Shown piece by piece: positions 12,710 through 25,688 of a DNA stretch of 64,000 bases (positions are counted from its first letter, which is position 1; every line of letters begins with the position of its first letter). The position numbers and the translations under genes were made by a program. Source of the stretch: Octopus sinensis (taxonomy: Eukaryota); assembly GCF_006345805.1 (NCBI RefSeq), contig NC_042999.1:54498001-54562000 (forward strand). The letters run 5' to 3'. The notes under the pieces are model-generated. The model saw only the letters and a program-made list of their open reading frames with translations. It was not told where the DNA came from and searched no databases.

Positions 12710-13341
12710 TAATAATAATAATAATGATTTCATTTATTTGCCACAAGGGCGAAGGATGAGGGGAACAATACAGAGGCAGACATAAAGTGTTGGGGTTTAC
12801 ATATAATAATGTTTCCTTCTAACTGAAACCCCTTTCTTGAAAAGCCAGAATTCTCTTTACTTTCTCAGGGTTCCGTTCTGTCTAACAGTGTTTGGTTAAT
12901 TTCCTGATAATGAAGTCTGTCTTTCACCATGCTACAAAAGAAAAGAAAAAAACAATATTAAAGTTTAGGAAGAAAACGGATTTTTTTCTTCTCTTTTTCG
13001 TTTGTTCTGTTTAAGTTTCCAACTCAACATCTGTGCCTTAAGCTAGGCAATGTTTTTAAGTCGTTCTTTTATAGAGCTATTTTAGGAAACTGGTAAACGG
13101 ATCCTTAACATGCTGTTTCTTCTTCATGGGGTTGAAGGCCACGTGGTCAGATTTATCGCTGCTAAATTGGATGGCACGGTGTGGAGCGAGCTTCTGTCTA
13201 AATAACGATATGTGTGTGGTGCGTGTGTACGTACGTATGCGTGTATGTACGTTTATACATACACGGAAACATGTATATACCATATATATATATATACATA
13301 TACTATATGTGTGTATATGGGTATACGTAGTATGTATATGG

Positions 13342-13407
<66 letters not shown>

Positions 13408-13419
13408 TACATACACACA

Positions 13420-13466
<47 letters not shown>

Positions 13467-13684
13467 CATGTATATATTACGATATACGTAAACAAACTTT
13501 GATTTTCTTAGAAGTGTTGAGGTGTATTGAAATACAGATATGGAAATATTTTTACTCTCAAACGCAGAATAATAACGCTGAATTGCATAAATAGGAGAGA
13601 ACATCTTTATATGGCCGCTAACAAATTTTTCTGCAATATAAGGATATATATGTGTGGTGGGGTGTATGTATGTGTGTGTATACG

Positions 13685-13898
13685 TTTGTGTGTCTGTGTT
13701 TGTCCCCACCACCGTTACTTGACATCCGATGCTGGCGTGTTTACGTCCCCGTAATTTAGCGGTTTGGCAAAAGACACCGATACAATAAGTACTATGCTTA
13801 CAAAGAATAAATCTTGGGGGTCGATTTGCTCGACTAAAGGCAGTGCTCCAGCATGGCCGCAGTCAAATGACTGAGACAAGTAAAAATAAATAAAAGAA
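13685..13898 (+). mobile_element. SINE family A, 3' half
   Basis: tttacgtccccgtaatttagcggtttggcaaaagacaccgata...ggcagtgctccagcatggccgcagtcaaatgactgaga. Confidence 0.9.
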
Positions 13899-14044
13899 TA
13901 TATATATGTCTCTGCATGTGTATGCCTGAGTGTATTACATATATGTTTGTGTGTAGTACACTCACACATAGATGTATGCATATGTGTACCATAAGTCATT
14001 TTGTCCCGCGCCCCCTTTCTCTTTCTCCCCTCTCTCTCTCCCTT

Positions 14045-14080
<36 letters not shown>

Positions 14081-14799
14081 ACAGCGTAACCTCGAGATTT
14101 AAGTATTTAGATTTGTCTTTTAAACCTTACAATAGCATCTACTTCTATCGCTGCACATGACATTCACATCAGAAATGAACGTCTGATTCGTATTTATATA
14201 TTTATGAGTACAGACCTTTCCTTCCACTTCAAACTCCAAACCGAGTAACGTCCTCTCCCACTCCACTGAGTTACTCACACCAATTTGGTAAAATTTTACA
14301 CTTAATCCATCTCCAGAATCCAGTTTTTGCCCTTTTAATTTAATCGTAAATGTTTTGTTAGGGGAGAAAGGGTAACATAGCCGATTCATTTTTGGGGGGT
14401 CCGTGACGTTGGTTGGAGAATGAGAAAAAATTATCTTCAGACTAAAGAAGACCTGGCATAAAGGTATACAGTGGAGTGGACTCCATTAGAAGCATCAATG
14501 GGTCACGTGGTGGTGGTGGTGTTAAACAGAGCAATAAGTTTTTCAATGTATGATCGATTCGGTACTGATCAGAGCGACAAATTTAGTCTACCAACCAAGA
14601 ACCATTTGGTGGTATACACCAGGGCAACGCATTGAATCTACCGCTCTAGGCATCTTCATGGAGTGTATTGTGTCAGGGCCATTAAGGGCCATTGATATGT
14701 TGTATTCGTAAGAATTTACACTAAAAGCCTGTGAGGCACCTTTCTGCAACAGACGCCTCTCAATTTCAACTGATTAGACAGGAGTAGCGAAAAATGGGA

Positions 14800-14880
14800 A
14801 TAACGTGCCGCCTTATCTGGGATTCAAACCCTACCGTTAGGATCGTAAGTCCAACCAGCCTTTCTAGACTACACGCCTTT
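14800..14880 (-). mobile_element. Degenerate tRNA-derived SINE head
   Basis: Reverse complement ggcgtgtagtctaga...ggacttacgatcc...gggtttgaatcccag shows A/B-box remnants. Confidence 0.45.
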
Positions 14881-15139
14881 ACACCATTCTAGGGGTCCGT
14901 GTTAAAATACCCAAGACCCGGTTGACAGCGTAGAAATGCGAGATACATTTAAATCTACCATCCAGTTTTCTACGACTACATTATCGAATGTGACGGAGAT
15001 GTACTTTCCAAACAAGTGTTTTCATCTCAGACTGCATGTTGGAACTAAAACGATTGCAGCGATGAAGACAGAAGTTTGCCATTCAGCAACATACAAAGAT
15101 CGTTAACTTCACTTCAACATTTACATTTTATTATATCCT

Positions 15140-15292
15140 TTCTGTTATGGACACAAAGCCTGAAATTAGGGGGACGAGGGATAATCGTGTACATCGATTC
15201 CAGTGTTTGACGGGGACTTATTTTATCGACCCCACCCCCGAAAAGATGAAAGGCAAAAACAACCTAGGTAGTAATTTGTACTCAGAACGTGT
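15140..15292 (-). mobile_element. SINE family B, degenerate copy
   Basis: acttattttatcgacccc...gaaaagatgaaaggcaaa...aatttgtactcagaacgt. Confidence 0.7.
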
Positions 15293-16436
15293 TGTAATCT
15301 TTATGTCGGCCTGTTATAACGCCCACTCCGGTACAGCTGTATAGTTAGTCAAGTAAAGACCACGACTATCTATGACCGTCGACTTAGTACTCTCTCTTTA
15401 TACTGACACTGACTGACAGTATTTATAACGACCTTCACATACCACTTGTCATGTAGAAGGGGTGTACCATTATTATTATTATCTCCAAAACAGAACATAA
15501 AGATGGACAAAATACAGCTAAGTATTTTGTCCGACGTGCTAACGATTCTGCAAGCTCGCTGCCTTTTTTTTCGTTTGTAATATGGTGTCAAAATTTTCTT
15601 CTTTCGAAACTGCCACTTCGCCACTGACAAACGTGTGCTGCATGAATGTTTGACTGCTATTTTTAACGGGTCACATTACCTATTATAAACTTGCCCTTTT
15701 GTTATTGAGGGTTTAGTTTGATTTTGTATATTTATTAATAGTTTTATGGGTGTTTGGTGTTATTTCTTACAATGTTTGTGTTCTTCTCGGGATGGTCAAA
15801 ACTCGATATTCTTTTACAGCCGAAAGAAAATCCGCGACAATTAAAAGCTTCCCATCTAAACAAAACAACATTAAATAAATTAACAGGAACTCGTCGAGGA
15901 ATATAGACCATTTCTTGATATTCTAAACTCTAAACGAAAGCCTTATGGCTTTTTAAAACTCTTTCGAATAAACATTTTAAAAAAACAACATGGAAACCAA
16001 GTTTATTACAGTGACATCTGTTTAAGTGGAACCAGTCTAAATAGAGGCACCCACGCTGGGATACTGATATAACGAAAGAGCAACGATGGAATTTCGGTGA
16101 AATACGGTTATCATGGCTGACAGAGATATCTTTGAGTCAAAGAAAGTAGATTGATTCCCATCTCGCAACCATCTTGATTCTATTTCCTTAAAATTCGTAA
16201 ATCATTTTACTTTAGTTAGTTGTTTCGGTCATTAGACTGAGGCCATGCTGGGGCACCACCATAAATAATTTAGTCGATAAAATTGACCTCACTACAATTT
16301 TTTAATCTCGGAATTATTCCTTAATCGCTCGATCTCCTTTTTGCCGAACCACTAGATATGTGACGAAAGCAATCCAACACCGGTTATCGAGCGATGAAAA
16401 GCAAACGCGCGCACACATGCATACATATAACATCTA

Positions 16437-16521
<85 letters not shown>

Positions 16522-16523
<2 letters not shown>

Positions 16524-16696
16524 AAGTTAATCCAAACATGAAAACACAAGAGAAAACACAACAACGCGAGGACGTGGAAAAAATATAGTATTATTGGGCG
16601 CTCAGGAAGGAAGGGAAGAAGGAGGGTTTAACGTTTCGGGCGGAACCCTTCGTCAGAAACATACGAAAAGGAAAGATCCAGAGAAGGGAAGACGGC
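16522..16696 (-). mobile_element. (TA)n-adjacent hammerhead-bearing element (motif 16626-16660), truncated at an RTE fragment
   Basis: Minus: gttt-CTGACGA-a-gggt-tccg-ccc-GAAA-CG-TT-aaac; same family as 46927-47130 and 49221-49440. Confidence 0.8.
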
Positions 16697-18365
16697 ATCA
16701 TCAGCATATAGCATCTCCTTGGTCAGGACGCTTCTGATTTTGGTCTTGGCACGCAGACGCGAGAGATTGAACAGTTTCCCGTCACTTCTACTGTGCAGAA
16801 ACACTCTATCATCTGATGTCTCAAAGGCATGTGACAACAGCAGCGAGAAGATGCCAAATAATGTAGGAGCAAGGACACAACCTTGTTTTTCCCTGTTTTT
16901 TATTTGGAAGGCGGCTGATGTTGAACCATTGTGCTGTATGGTGCTTTGCATATCATCATGGAAAGATTTGATAAGCCTCAGCAGTTTTGGTGGACATCCG
17001 ATTTTTTTGGAGCAGGATGAATAGGCCTTTTCTACTTACCAAGTCAAAGGCCTTTGTCCGATCAATGAAGGCCATATATAATGGCATTTTCTGCTCTCTG
17101 GACTTCTCCTGAAGTTAGCGTATGGAGAATATCATGTCAATAGTTGATCTGCTGCTTCTAAAGCCACACTGCGATTCTGGATAAATTCGAGAAGCAAGCA
17201 GTTGTAGCCTCGTTAGGATAACGCGAGCAAAGGTCTTTCTAACAGCGCTTAGAAGAGATATTCCACGGTAATTGTTACAATCACCACGTTCGCCTTTATT
17301 TTTGTAAAGCGTAATGATGTTAGCATCCCGCATATCCTGAGGGACTGTACCCTCTTCCCAGCACTGACACAAGCTCATGAAGGCGCCGAAGCAGGATGGT
17401 GTTTTTGCTGGTTTTGATTATCTCTAAGGCGATGCCGTCTTTTCCCGGAGCCTTGTTACTTGCTAGGGAGTCAATAACCTTGGTGAGCTCTGCTATAGAT
17501 TGTCAAGTTCGCACTGTCAAGTTCGCACATGACTGGCAAGATCTTGACACCCTCGATTGTAGCCTCAGCTACCGTGGTCTCCCGTGAGTAGAGATCCTGG
17601 TAGTACTCCACCCATCTATCCCTTTGCTTGCTTTGGTCCTTGATGAGATCTCCAGTAGTTGATTTCAGAGGGACTAACTTGGTTGCGAATGGACCGAGGG
17701 CCTTCTTCAAACCAGCATACATCCCACGGGTGTCGCCACTGCCAGCAGCTGACTGGATACTTTGACAGATTTCCTGCCAATACCTATTTGCACAGCGTCT
17801 GACAGTCAGTTGGGTTTTATTTCTTGCCTTTCTGAGTTCGAGTGACTTTGTAGAAGAATCACTCTTTTATTGCATCAGAGCTGCACGTTTTGCTTCAATA
17901 ATTGTTTCCAGCTCTGAGAGCCCAGCACTGAGCCAATCTGTGTTTTGCCTTTCTCTCATGCCGAAAGTATCTATTGATGTAGTATACAAAGCTTCCCTGA
18001 TATAATTCCACCTACGTTCTGCAGATGAGGTTGGGCAGCTACTGAGGGCCACCTTGATAGAAACAGCAAAACATTTTCGCAGTGTAGGGTCCGAGGTTCT
18101 GGCAGTGTTAATGCGTGGTCGGCCCATTTTCTTGGAGTGATGGACTTTTTAGGCAGAATCTTCACCCTGCTTCTTATTAGTGAATGATCTGTGTTACAAT
18201 CCGTGCTGTTGTAACTACGGGTCAGTTGAACAGATTTCAAAAAGGATCTTCGTGTAATGATGAGATCCAGCTGATGCCAGTGGTGAGATTTTGGGTGTCT
18301 CTAAGATGCCTTGTGGGATGTCTTGTTGGCAAAGAATGTGTTAGTGATGCACAGGTTATGGTATA
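16694..18365 (-). mobile_element. RTE-clade LINE internal fragment (end of APE through RT YADD), frameshifted
   Basis: RSYNSTDCNTDHSL; WEEGTVPQDMRDANIITLYKNKGERGDCNNYRGISLLS...PESQCGFRSSRSTIDMIF; KQGCVLAPTLF...EMLYADDA. Confidence 0.92.
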
Positions 18366-18418
18366 TATGATTGATTTGTTTCAGTTCCTGTCTACGAAAT
18401 CTCTATATATATATGTAT

Positions 18419-18499
<81 letters not shown>

Positions 18500-18569
18500 G
18501 ATAAATTTATAGATACAACTGAAAGGGCAAACAAAAATATGAGACTGCGTAGTGCGTTTTTATATTTTG

Positions 18570-18878
18570 ATAAGCCTGGTACTTATTCTATCAGTTTCTT
18601 CTTGTGAAACCAGTAAGTTATGGGGATGTAAATAAACGAACACCAGTTGTGAAGCAGTGATGAGGGATAAACACAAAGGCACACACATAGACTTACATAT
18701 ATACATACATATACATACAATTGATTTCTTTTAGTTTCTGTCTACAAAATCCACTGACAAGGCTTTGGTTGGTCTGAGGCTATAGCAGAAGACACATGCC
18801 AAGTTACCACACAGTGGGACTGAACTGAGGACCATGTGTTTTGGAACCAAGTTTGTTACCACACAGCCACACCTGCAC
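18570..18878 (-). mobile_element. SINE family A, diverged copy
   Basis: aaatccactgacaaggctttggttggtctgaggctatagcagaagacac...accacacagccacacctgc. Confidence 0.8.
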
Positions 18879-19109
18879 TTATGTATGTGTGTGTGTGTGT
18901 GTGAGTGTGTGTGTGTGAGTGTGTGTGTGTGTGTGTGTGTGTAATGGGTGTGTGTGTATGTGTGTATATATGTATGCATGTATATATGCGTATATATATG
19001 TGCACATATTACATGTACATCTATATATATATATATATACATCCATATACATACAATAGAGAAATGTTTTTGTTTTACTTTTAACACGTAATACTGAAAC
19101 AGTGGAGAA

Positions 19110-19300
19110 GATATGATATTGTGGGCTCGCCCTAGGCAAGAAGTTAAAGTTTTTTTGCCCATAACACTACATGGACCCTAAGTAAGGCATGTGTAAAATT
19201 TGAATGAAATTAGTTGTGTAGTTCTCAAGTTTTAGGGATTCACACAGACAGATAGACAGACACACACACACACATTCTCAGTTTTATATCTATATCTATA
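19110..19300 (+). mobile_element. Non-autonomous helitron/HINE-like 3' segment
   Basis: gtgtaaaatttgaatgaaatt...tagttctcaagtt...acagacagatagacagacac...ttttatat; same architecture as the 3' end of 25404-25688. Confidence 0.45.
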
Positions 19301-19396
19301 TCTATCTATCTATATATATATATATATGCATACATACATATACATACGTACGTACGTACGTACATACATACATACATACATACATACATACATACA

Positions 19397-19430
<34 letters not shown>

Positions 19431-20002
19431 CATACATACTGTTACGAACGAAAAAATTATATTCATATAATTTCTCATTCGTACGACGTGAATTAGAACA
19501 CCGTTCTCTGGTTTTGCAAGCGAAGACGAAAAAGATTAACTCTTTGGTTACGTGACAATTTAAAGCGTAGGCGGTTTGATTTTGGCGCACTTTTACGGTG
19601 TAGGCGAAATGTAAAAATCACAATTGCCCACGTGGCGAGTTAAGTCTGGCTGGAGGACGATGTACAACATGATGTAAGTCGATGTAAGCGGTTCTTTTAT
19701 GTAGTAACCGGTACCATGCGGTCGATGTTTTGAACTGGTTGGGAAAATAGTGAACTTGGCAACGTAAAGAAGGTGTAATGGTACCGTGAATTCGGAAGTA
19801 ACGAGAGTCCAGTCTAAAAATAAAAGAAAGAAGATAAATCATCAGACTGGTGAATAAAAGAAGAGCTCACCGAAAGAAGTGAGCTCTTTCTCAGGTAGTG
19901 AGCTCTTACACATTTCTCAGGTAAATGAAAGAACTCTCTAAAATCTCTCTAAAGAACTGTTTATTTATTCCATAAATGTTATTGGCCTCTTAAATTTCTT
20001 GT

Positions 20003-20205
20003 ATTAAAACCAGACATTAAACCGCGGAAAAACTGAGAAATAAGACAGAAAACAAACTTAAACGGGCCAAACTGTTACAGAATTCAAAACATAACTTGGT
20101 AGATAATGTTATTCAGATATTCGTGTACGTAGGTTGCTGAATTCAGGGCCTCGATTCCTCGTCAGCACGACTCGGTTTTTCCGCGGTTTAATTTGGAGTT
20201 TTAAC
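20003..20205. repeat. Inverted repeat (~33-bp arms)
   Basis: ttaaaaccagacattaaaccgcggaaaaactgag ... ctcggtttttccgcggtttaatttggagttttaa. Confidence 0.7.
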
Positions 20206-20499
20206 TCCTATTTCTAACGGATATGGCGCATGATCGCCCTGATGCTTGACGCTAATTTTAAGATTTTATAGCTATTTAACGTTATTCGATACCTGTTAAC
20301 CGTCTGTGTTATTGTTGCTGATACTATTGATTACTTATATTTACCGTATGAATATTCAAGTTTGAATGTTTTATTCATATATATATATATGGGGGGGGGG
20401 GATTAGTTCACAGGTGAGCTAAATGGTTAGGTAAGTGCTGTAACGGATTACTGGAGTTATAGAGCCATTGCAGATTTCCGATGCAGCGGATATATAATT

Positions 20500-20602
20500 G
20501 TTAAACAGGACGTCAAACATTATGGCAAGGCAATTTCTTCCTATAATAATATTGTAAATGACGAGATATTTGCCTTGCCTTAATGTTTGACGCCCTGTCC
20601 AA

Positions 20603-20660
<58 letters not shown>

Positions 20661-20692
20661 TAGTTGGACAGGACGTCAAACATTAAGGCATA
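20500..20692. repeat. Three alternating-orientation copies of a ~30-40-bp unit around a (TA)n tract
   Basis: caggacgtcaaacattatggcaaggcaa (+), ttgccttgccttaatgtttgacgccctgtccaacta (-), tagttggacaggacgtcaaacattaaggca (+). Confidence 0.8.
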
Positions 20693-20960
20693 TATAAGGA
20701 AGAGGAAACTGACTCGGAAGTAACTTTGAATAACTTAGAAAGGTTTTGGCCAGTATTGGCCCAAGCCATGTCTAATTTAATAGCACCACCTGGCTAAAAA
20801 TAGGACCCTGGGGAGGGTCCTTCGCCCGAAAGATGCAAGTAGGCTACGGATCCCCAACTCCAGCCCCCATTGTGAATTTGGATACTAGTAACATATCAAG
20901 TGGAGCACTCACACACCGTACCTGTAAGTTTAAATCATCAGTATCCTAAACCCTTCCTAT

Positions 20961-20996
<36 letters not shown>

Positions 20997-21708
20997 GTAT
21001 ATATAGATCACAGTATGTATGTAAGTATAATACCTAACGCATACATTTCCACAATTCTCAACCGATTTTCAAACTTTACACACACATTACTTGTGTCCCA
21101 AGGACGGTCATGCATTATAACACTTTCCCCAGAGCCCCAGTGTAAATATACGTACATGGACATAGCTTTTTGTATGTAAAGTCTTCCATACTTTTTTAAT
21201 CCATACATATAAATTTGACATGGGCGATTTTTTTCTTGTCTTGGGATTCACGGTCAAATGGCTGGGTGGAATTGCGCGAAAGATTACACAGATGATGCTG
21301 GGATTTGTATTCTTTTCATAGCTCCCATGGCTACCGAGATAATCTACTATAATAATACTCTTGTGTTTATGAATAATAAAGGGAGGAGTGATAGATGAAT
21401 AAGAAAGGAATGGGTGATGTCATACTTGGTAGTGGGATGCTGAAAATTGTACGCTGAAAAATAAATCAAACAGCGTTTCAACTCTGTGTGAATATATGTG
21501 TGTGTTCGGGATTTTCAAAATGAAAAAATCGACCGGTTAATTCGTACATTGAAAATGCAATCTGTGAGTGGAACAGTAAAAATATGCAAGAATTTTCTCA
21601 AGTTACAAATGTGAATTTGTAACTACATCCCAAAGATTGAGCCTTGGATCTAGGCTAGAAATCGACTCTTGCTCTATTGGCAAGAAATCTTATAATAAAA
21701 CTTAATAA

Positions 21709-22100
21709 GACGCAGGCGAGACTGTGTAGTAAGAAGCTTGCTTCCCAACCACATTGCTCCGGGTTCAGTACCACTGAGTGGCACCTTGGGCAAGTGTCTT
21801 CTACTGTAACCTCGGGCAGACCAAAGCCTTGAGAGTAGATTTGATAGACGGAAACTGAAAGAAGCCCGTCGAATATATCTGTGTGTTTGTGTGTATGTGT
21901 TTGTGTGTGTGTGTGTGGTGTGTGTGTGTGTGTGTGTGTGTCCACCATCGCTTGACAACTGATGTTGGCGTGTTTACGTCCTCATAACTTAGCGGTTCGG
22001 CAAAAAGAGACCGATAGAATAAGTCCTGGCGTCGATTTGTTCGACTAAAAGCAGTGCTCCATCATGGCCGCAGTCAAATGACTGAAACAAGTAAAAGAAT
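21709..22100 (+). mobile_element. SINE family A, full length with internal (TG)n
   Basis: tRNA-like head, caccttgggcaagtgtctt box, internal microsatellite, CR1-like tail gcagtgctccatcatggccgcagtcaaatgactgaaac. Confidence 0.9.
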
Positions 22101-22539
22101 AACATACTTACATACATATGATAGTTAATTATGATGTAAGACAGTGTTTGTAGATGTACCCGTAAGCTAATGATGTTAATGCGGTGCGTCTAACCCTTTC
22201 AGACGACATGTCTGTCTGACAAATGAAGAATTGCAACACTGACCCAGACTGGCATCACGTACAGTGAGACACACAGACATACACACGCATACAGACAGAC
22301 TTGGCAGAGCTACACATGTATTCCTAGTCAAGACTTTACACCAGTGATTATCAAGAATATGACATCTGCTGGTGTAGTTGGGTGTGGCAAGAAATGAACG
22401 AAGAAAAACGCTCTTTGGTGCAGAAGTCTCAAAAATTATTCATAAACATTAGTATTAATATTTTCTCGTAATATTTCGTATACTTATCCTGCATTACATC
22501 ATTTCCCTCATTTATGAACACGGATATTTATTAAAAAAA

Positions 22540-22778
22540 TATTACTATTTTTAAATCTCACAACAAGAGATATTCAGCCACAGTACTTTGGAGTAAATAT
22601 TTTTTGCCAACGTAACATCTCCAGCTGGCTATACGACACGATGTATGTCTTTGTTCGAAAACATAAGGACACAGATCGTGCCATATAGCCAGCTGGAATC
22701 GATGTCTCCTGGGGATAAATTACAGCAACATTTGTCCTAAACCAGGACTGCCATGTTATGTTGGCAAATAATATTTAT
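22540..22778. mobile_element. Fold-back element (left arm partly deleted), family of 43158-43445
   Basis: ctccagctggctatacgacacgat...atcgtgccatatagccagctgga...ttatgttggcaaa. Confidence 0.8.
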
Positions 22779-22844
22779 ATTTACGGATATTTATATTTAC
22801 CACGATAATTTCGGTTCCCAACTGAAAGAAGTAGACTGAATGAT

Positions 22845-24000
22845 GTATCGTTAGCGTGCCGGATGAAATGCTTAGCGATATTTTCCCGGCACTTTACGTT
22901 CCGAGTTCATTATTTCGGGGTCGATGAGTGGCAGTTGGACACTGGGGATGATGTCATCGCATAAACTTCTTCCCCTAAAATTGAAAGTCATACATCAACG
23001 TTTAGTAAATACATTGTAGAGGCGCAATGGACTAGTGGTTAGGGCAGCGGACTCGCGGTCGCAGGATCGCGGTTTCGATTCTCAGACTGGGCGTTGTGTG
23101 TGTTTATTGAGCGAAAACACCTAAAAGCTCTACGAGGCTCCGGCAGGGGGTGGTGATCCCTGCTGTACTCTTTCACCACAATGGCGGTGCCCCAGCATGG
23201 CCACAGCTCAAGAGCTGAAACTGGAAAAACAAAAACAAAACAAAAAAACAAAAACAAAACATAATTCCGCCGAGGTCGACTTCGCCCTTCAATCCTTTCG
23301 GTGTCGATAAAATAAGTACCAGTTGAACACTGGGGTCGATGTAATCAACTCATCCCCTCCCTCAAAACTGCCCTTGTGGAAAAATTTTAAACCGTTATTT
23401 AGTAAATACAAGGCGGTAAACTGACAGAATCGTTAGCACACCGGGCGAAATGTTTAGCGGCATTTCGTCCGTTCTGAGTTCAAATTCGGCCGTGGTCGAC
23501 TTTGCTTTTCACCCTTTCGAGATCGATTAAATAAGTACCAGTTACGCACTGGGGTCGATGTAATCAACTTAACCTCCTCCCCCAAATTGCCCGAGTGACA
23601 AAAATTTGAAAGCATCGGGGTGGGGGGACCACGTTACTGTATTTCTTCCGACATTTTTACGCGCCGAGATCAAATCCTGCCGAGGCCAACTTTATCTTTT
23701 ATGCTACTGAAGTGTTGCTAAAATAAGCATTAGTCAAGCAGTCTCCTCAAAATGACGGGCCGAAATTTTGTGCCGAAATCAGAAACAACTCGTAGTAATA
23801 CTAATCCACCCATGGATTAACAAAATCGATTAACCGTCAGCCAATATGCTAAGCTGTGTTTGCTTGCGCCTCATTACGTTCTGAAGTGAAATGCTGCAGA
23901 TGTCAGGTTTGCCTCTCATCCTTCTGAATTTCATTAAACGAAGAATATGTAGTGAGACTAATATAATCGACTCACCCCACCCTCATACATAACTGGCTGT
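22845..24000 (+). mobile_element. Cluster of about five same-orientation SINE family B copies
   Basis: Repeated gttagcRc.ccgg..gaaatg..tagcgg...ttctgagttcaaattc.gccgaggtcgactt.gc.tttca.cctttcgg.gtcgat.aaataagtaccagtt...actggggtcgatgtaatc at ~22850, 23262, 23411, 23640 and 23860. Confidence 0.85.
23021..23240 (+). mobile_element. SINE family C (tRNA-Arg-like head) with CR1-type tail
   Basis: ggcgcaatggactagtggttagggcagcggactcgcggtcgcaggatcgcggtttcgattc; tail atggcggtgccccagcatggccacagctcaagagctgaaactgg plus A-rich end. Confidence 0.88.
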
Positions 24001-24034
24001 GTAGTATGATTTAGTAAAACAATGACATCCTTTT

Positions 24035-24078
<44 letters not shown>

Positions 24079-24161
24079 CGCTTTGACAGATTGTGTAGAA
24101 GCTCATCGAATGAATTGTATTTATAATTCTAAGGCCCAACCTTGTCAAACCATGAGTTACC

Positions 24162-24205
<44 letters not shown>

Positions 24206-24364
24206 GAGAGTACAAGTGTCTGTGCAATATTAAGTTATATATACGTTAATTTGAATGTCATCGTCACAACTGACGGAGGAGCCATCACATACAAACTAGT
24301 TTTCCTCCATTGTATCACCCCTAAATTTATAGTTTATTCCTTTTTCTCTGGGATGACGAAAAAT

Positions 24365-24625
24365 GTCTCAGGGGTGGTTATTATAAAAACAGTGAGGTGT
24401 TTAGGGGCAGTTAGTTTTTTTAAAAAAAGGTGTTTAGGAGCAGTTGTCATGTAAACGAGGTACGGGGAGCTGTTTAGGGGTAGATGTATTAAAAACGAGG
24501 TGTTTAGGGTCAGTTAGTATAAAAACCAGGTGTTAAGGGTCAGTTATTATAAAAACGCAGTGGTCTTTTTGGGCAGTTATCACAAAAACAGAACAGTATT
24601 TAAGGGTAGTTATCATAAGTTAAAA
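24365..24625. repeat. Degenerate ~30-bp minisatellite containing TTTAGGG
   Basis: About 8 units like ggtgtttagggtcagttagtataaaaacc. Confidence 0.75.
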
Positions 24626-25403
24626 AACCATTTCCCCAGTGAATACTAATTTTACATTTGATTTGAAGAAGCAAATTCCGGACGAGATTTATAGACAGTG
24701 AAAGATCTCCATGAAATGATTTTCACACGATTTTGATAAATAGACACCATTTCTTGTTTTGTGTAGAGAGCATTTCTTGTCTTATGTATAGACTATTTCT
24801 TCATTTGCATAACCTTTAATTCTCTCGTACAGACAAGTCTCTCATATAGGTACGGTTTCTTGTCTAAAAACAATTCTCGTCTTATATAGACGCTAATTCT
24901 TGGGAACCCTTTGAACGGCAGATCATGAAATTAATTTTTTGTAACAAAACACTTTCAAACTTCGGAGACTGGTAAAATGTGTCATATAAAACATCTTTTA
25001 CTCTTATTGCTGTTGAGAAAAGTTTTTATTTTCAAAGTTATTTCGTGTTGAAGTTGTCGTATTTCGGTAATTTCAACCAATCAATGACGTGTATTCAGCT
25101 GAATAAAATTACTGCTGTTGTTTGTCAACAACAACTCCCGTGTACACGCATCTGTATAACACGGACTAAGCAGTGGTTTCTGTCCGTCTTGCTCCAGGAT
25201 TTTGGCCACTTGCTACGTATAGTGGCAGGTTAGAAACACTCGATGAGAAATATACACACTTCTAAATGAATGTTGATCCGCTACCTGGGTCCTTGTGATA
25301 ACTAGGACTAATGATTGAAAAGAGTGGGAGAGAAGAGGTCGTAGACTGTAAGGAGTAATACATCAAAATAAACGAAGACAGAGAATAAACAAAACTATGG
25401 TGT

Positions 25404-25688
25404 ACTAGCAGTATCGCCCGGCGTTGCTCGGGTTTGTAAGGGAAATAACTATATAAGCATTTTTAGAGAGTTACTTCCCTTATATAATAGCAAAAAAATT
25501 ATGGTAAATTTTTTTTTAAACCGTAGACTCATCGTAGACGCGCGCTAATACCCAGAAGGGCTCGATATGAATCGCGACTATTAGATACCCGGTTTTGGTT
25601 AAACTGCACCGCAAAATGTGGGAGTAGTTAGGAATCTAAATCGTAAGAGACAGACACTCACACAACTTCACTTTTATATATAAAGATA
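25404..25688 (+). mobile_element. Lep1/DINE-like non-autonomous helitron (HINE)
   Basis: Starts actagcagtatcgcccggcgttgctcggg (hairpin); ends gtagttaggaatctaaatcg...acagacac...cttttatatataaagat. Confidence 0.6.

Noticed and set aside
19618-19813. Coding exon after a strong acceptor
   Set aside because: All three frames close before a good donor and no homology is recognised; kept only as a splice-signal hint.
23021-23095. tRNA-Arg-like sequence (also 28419, 32615, 37950, 14800, 56050)
   Set aside because: These continue into SINE bodies or are degenerate and lack a closed acceptor stem; they are SINE heads, not tRNA genes.
24365-24625. Telomere remnant or CRISPR-like array
   Set aside because: Units are degenerate with no unique spacers, there is no pure TTAGGG run, and the context is eukaryotic.
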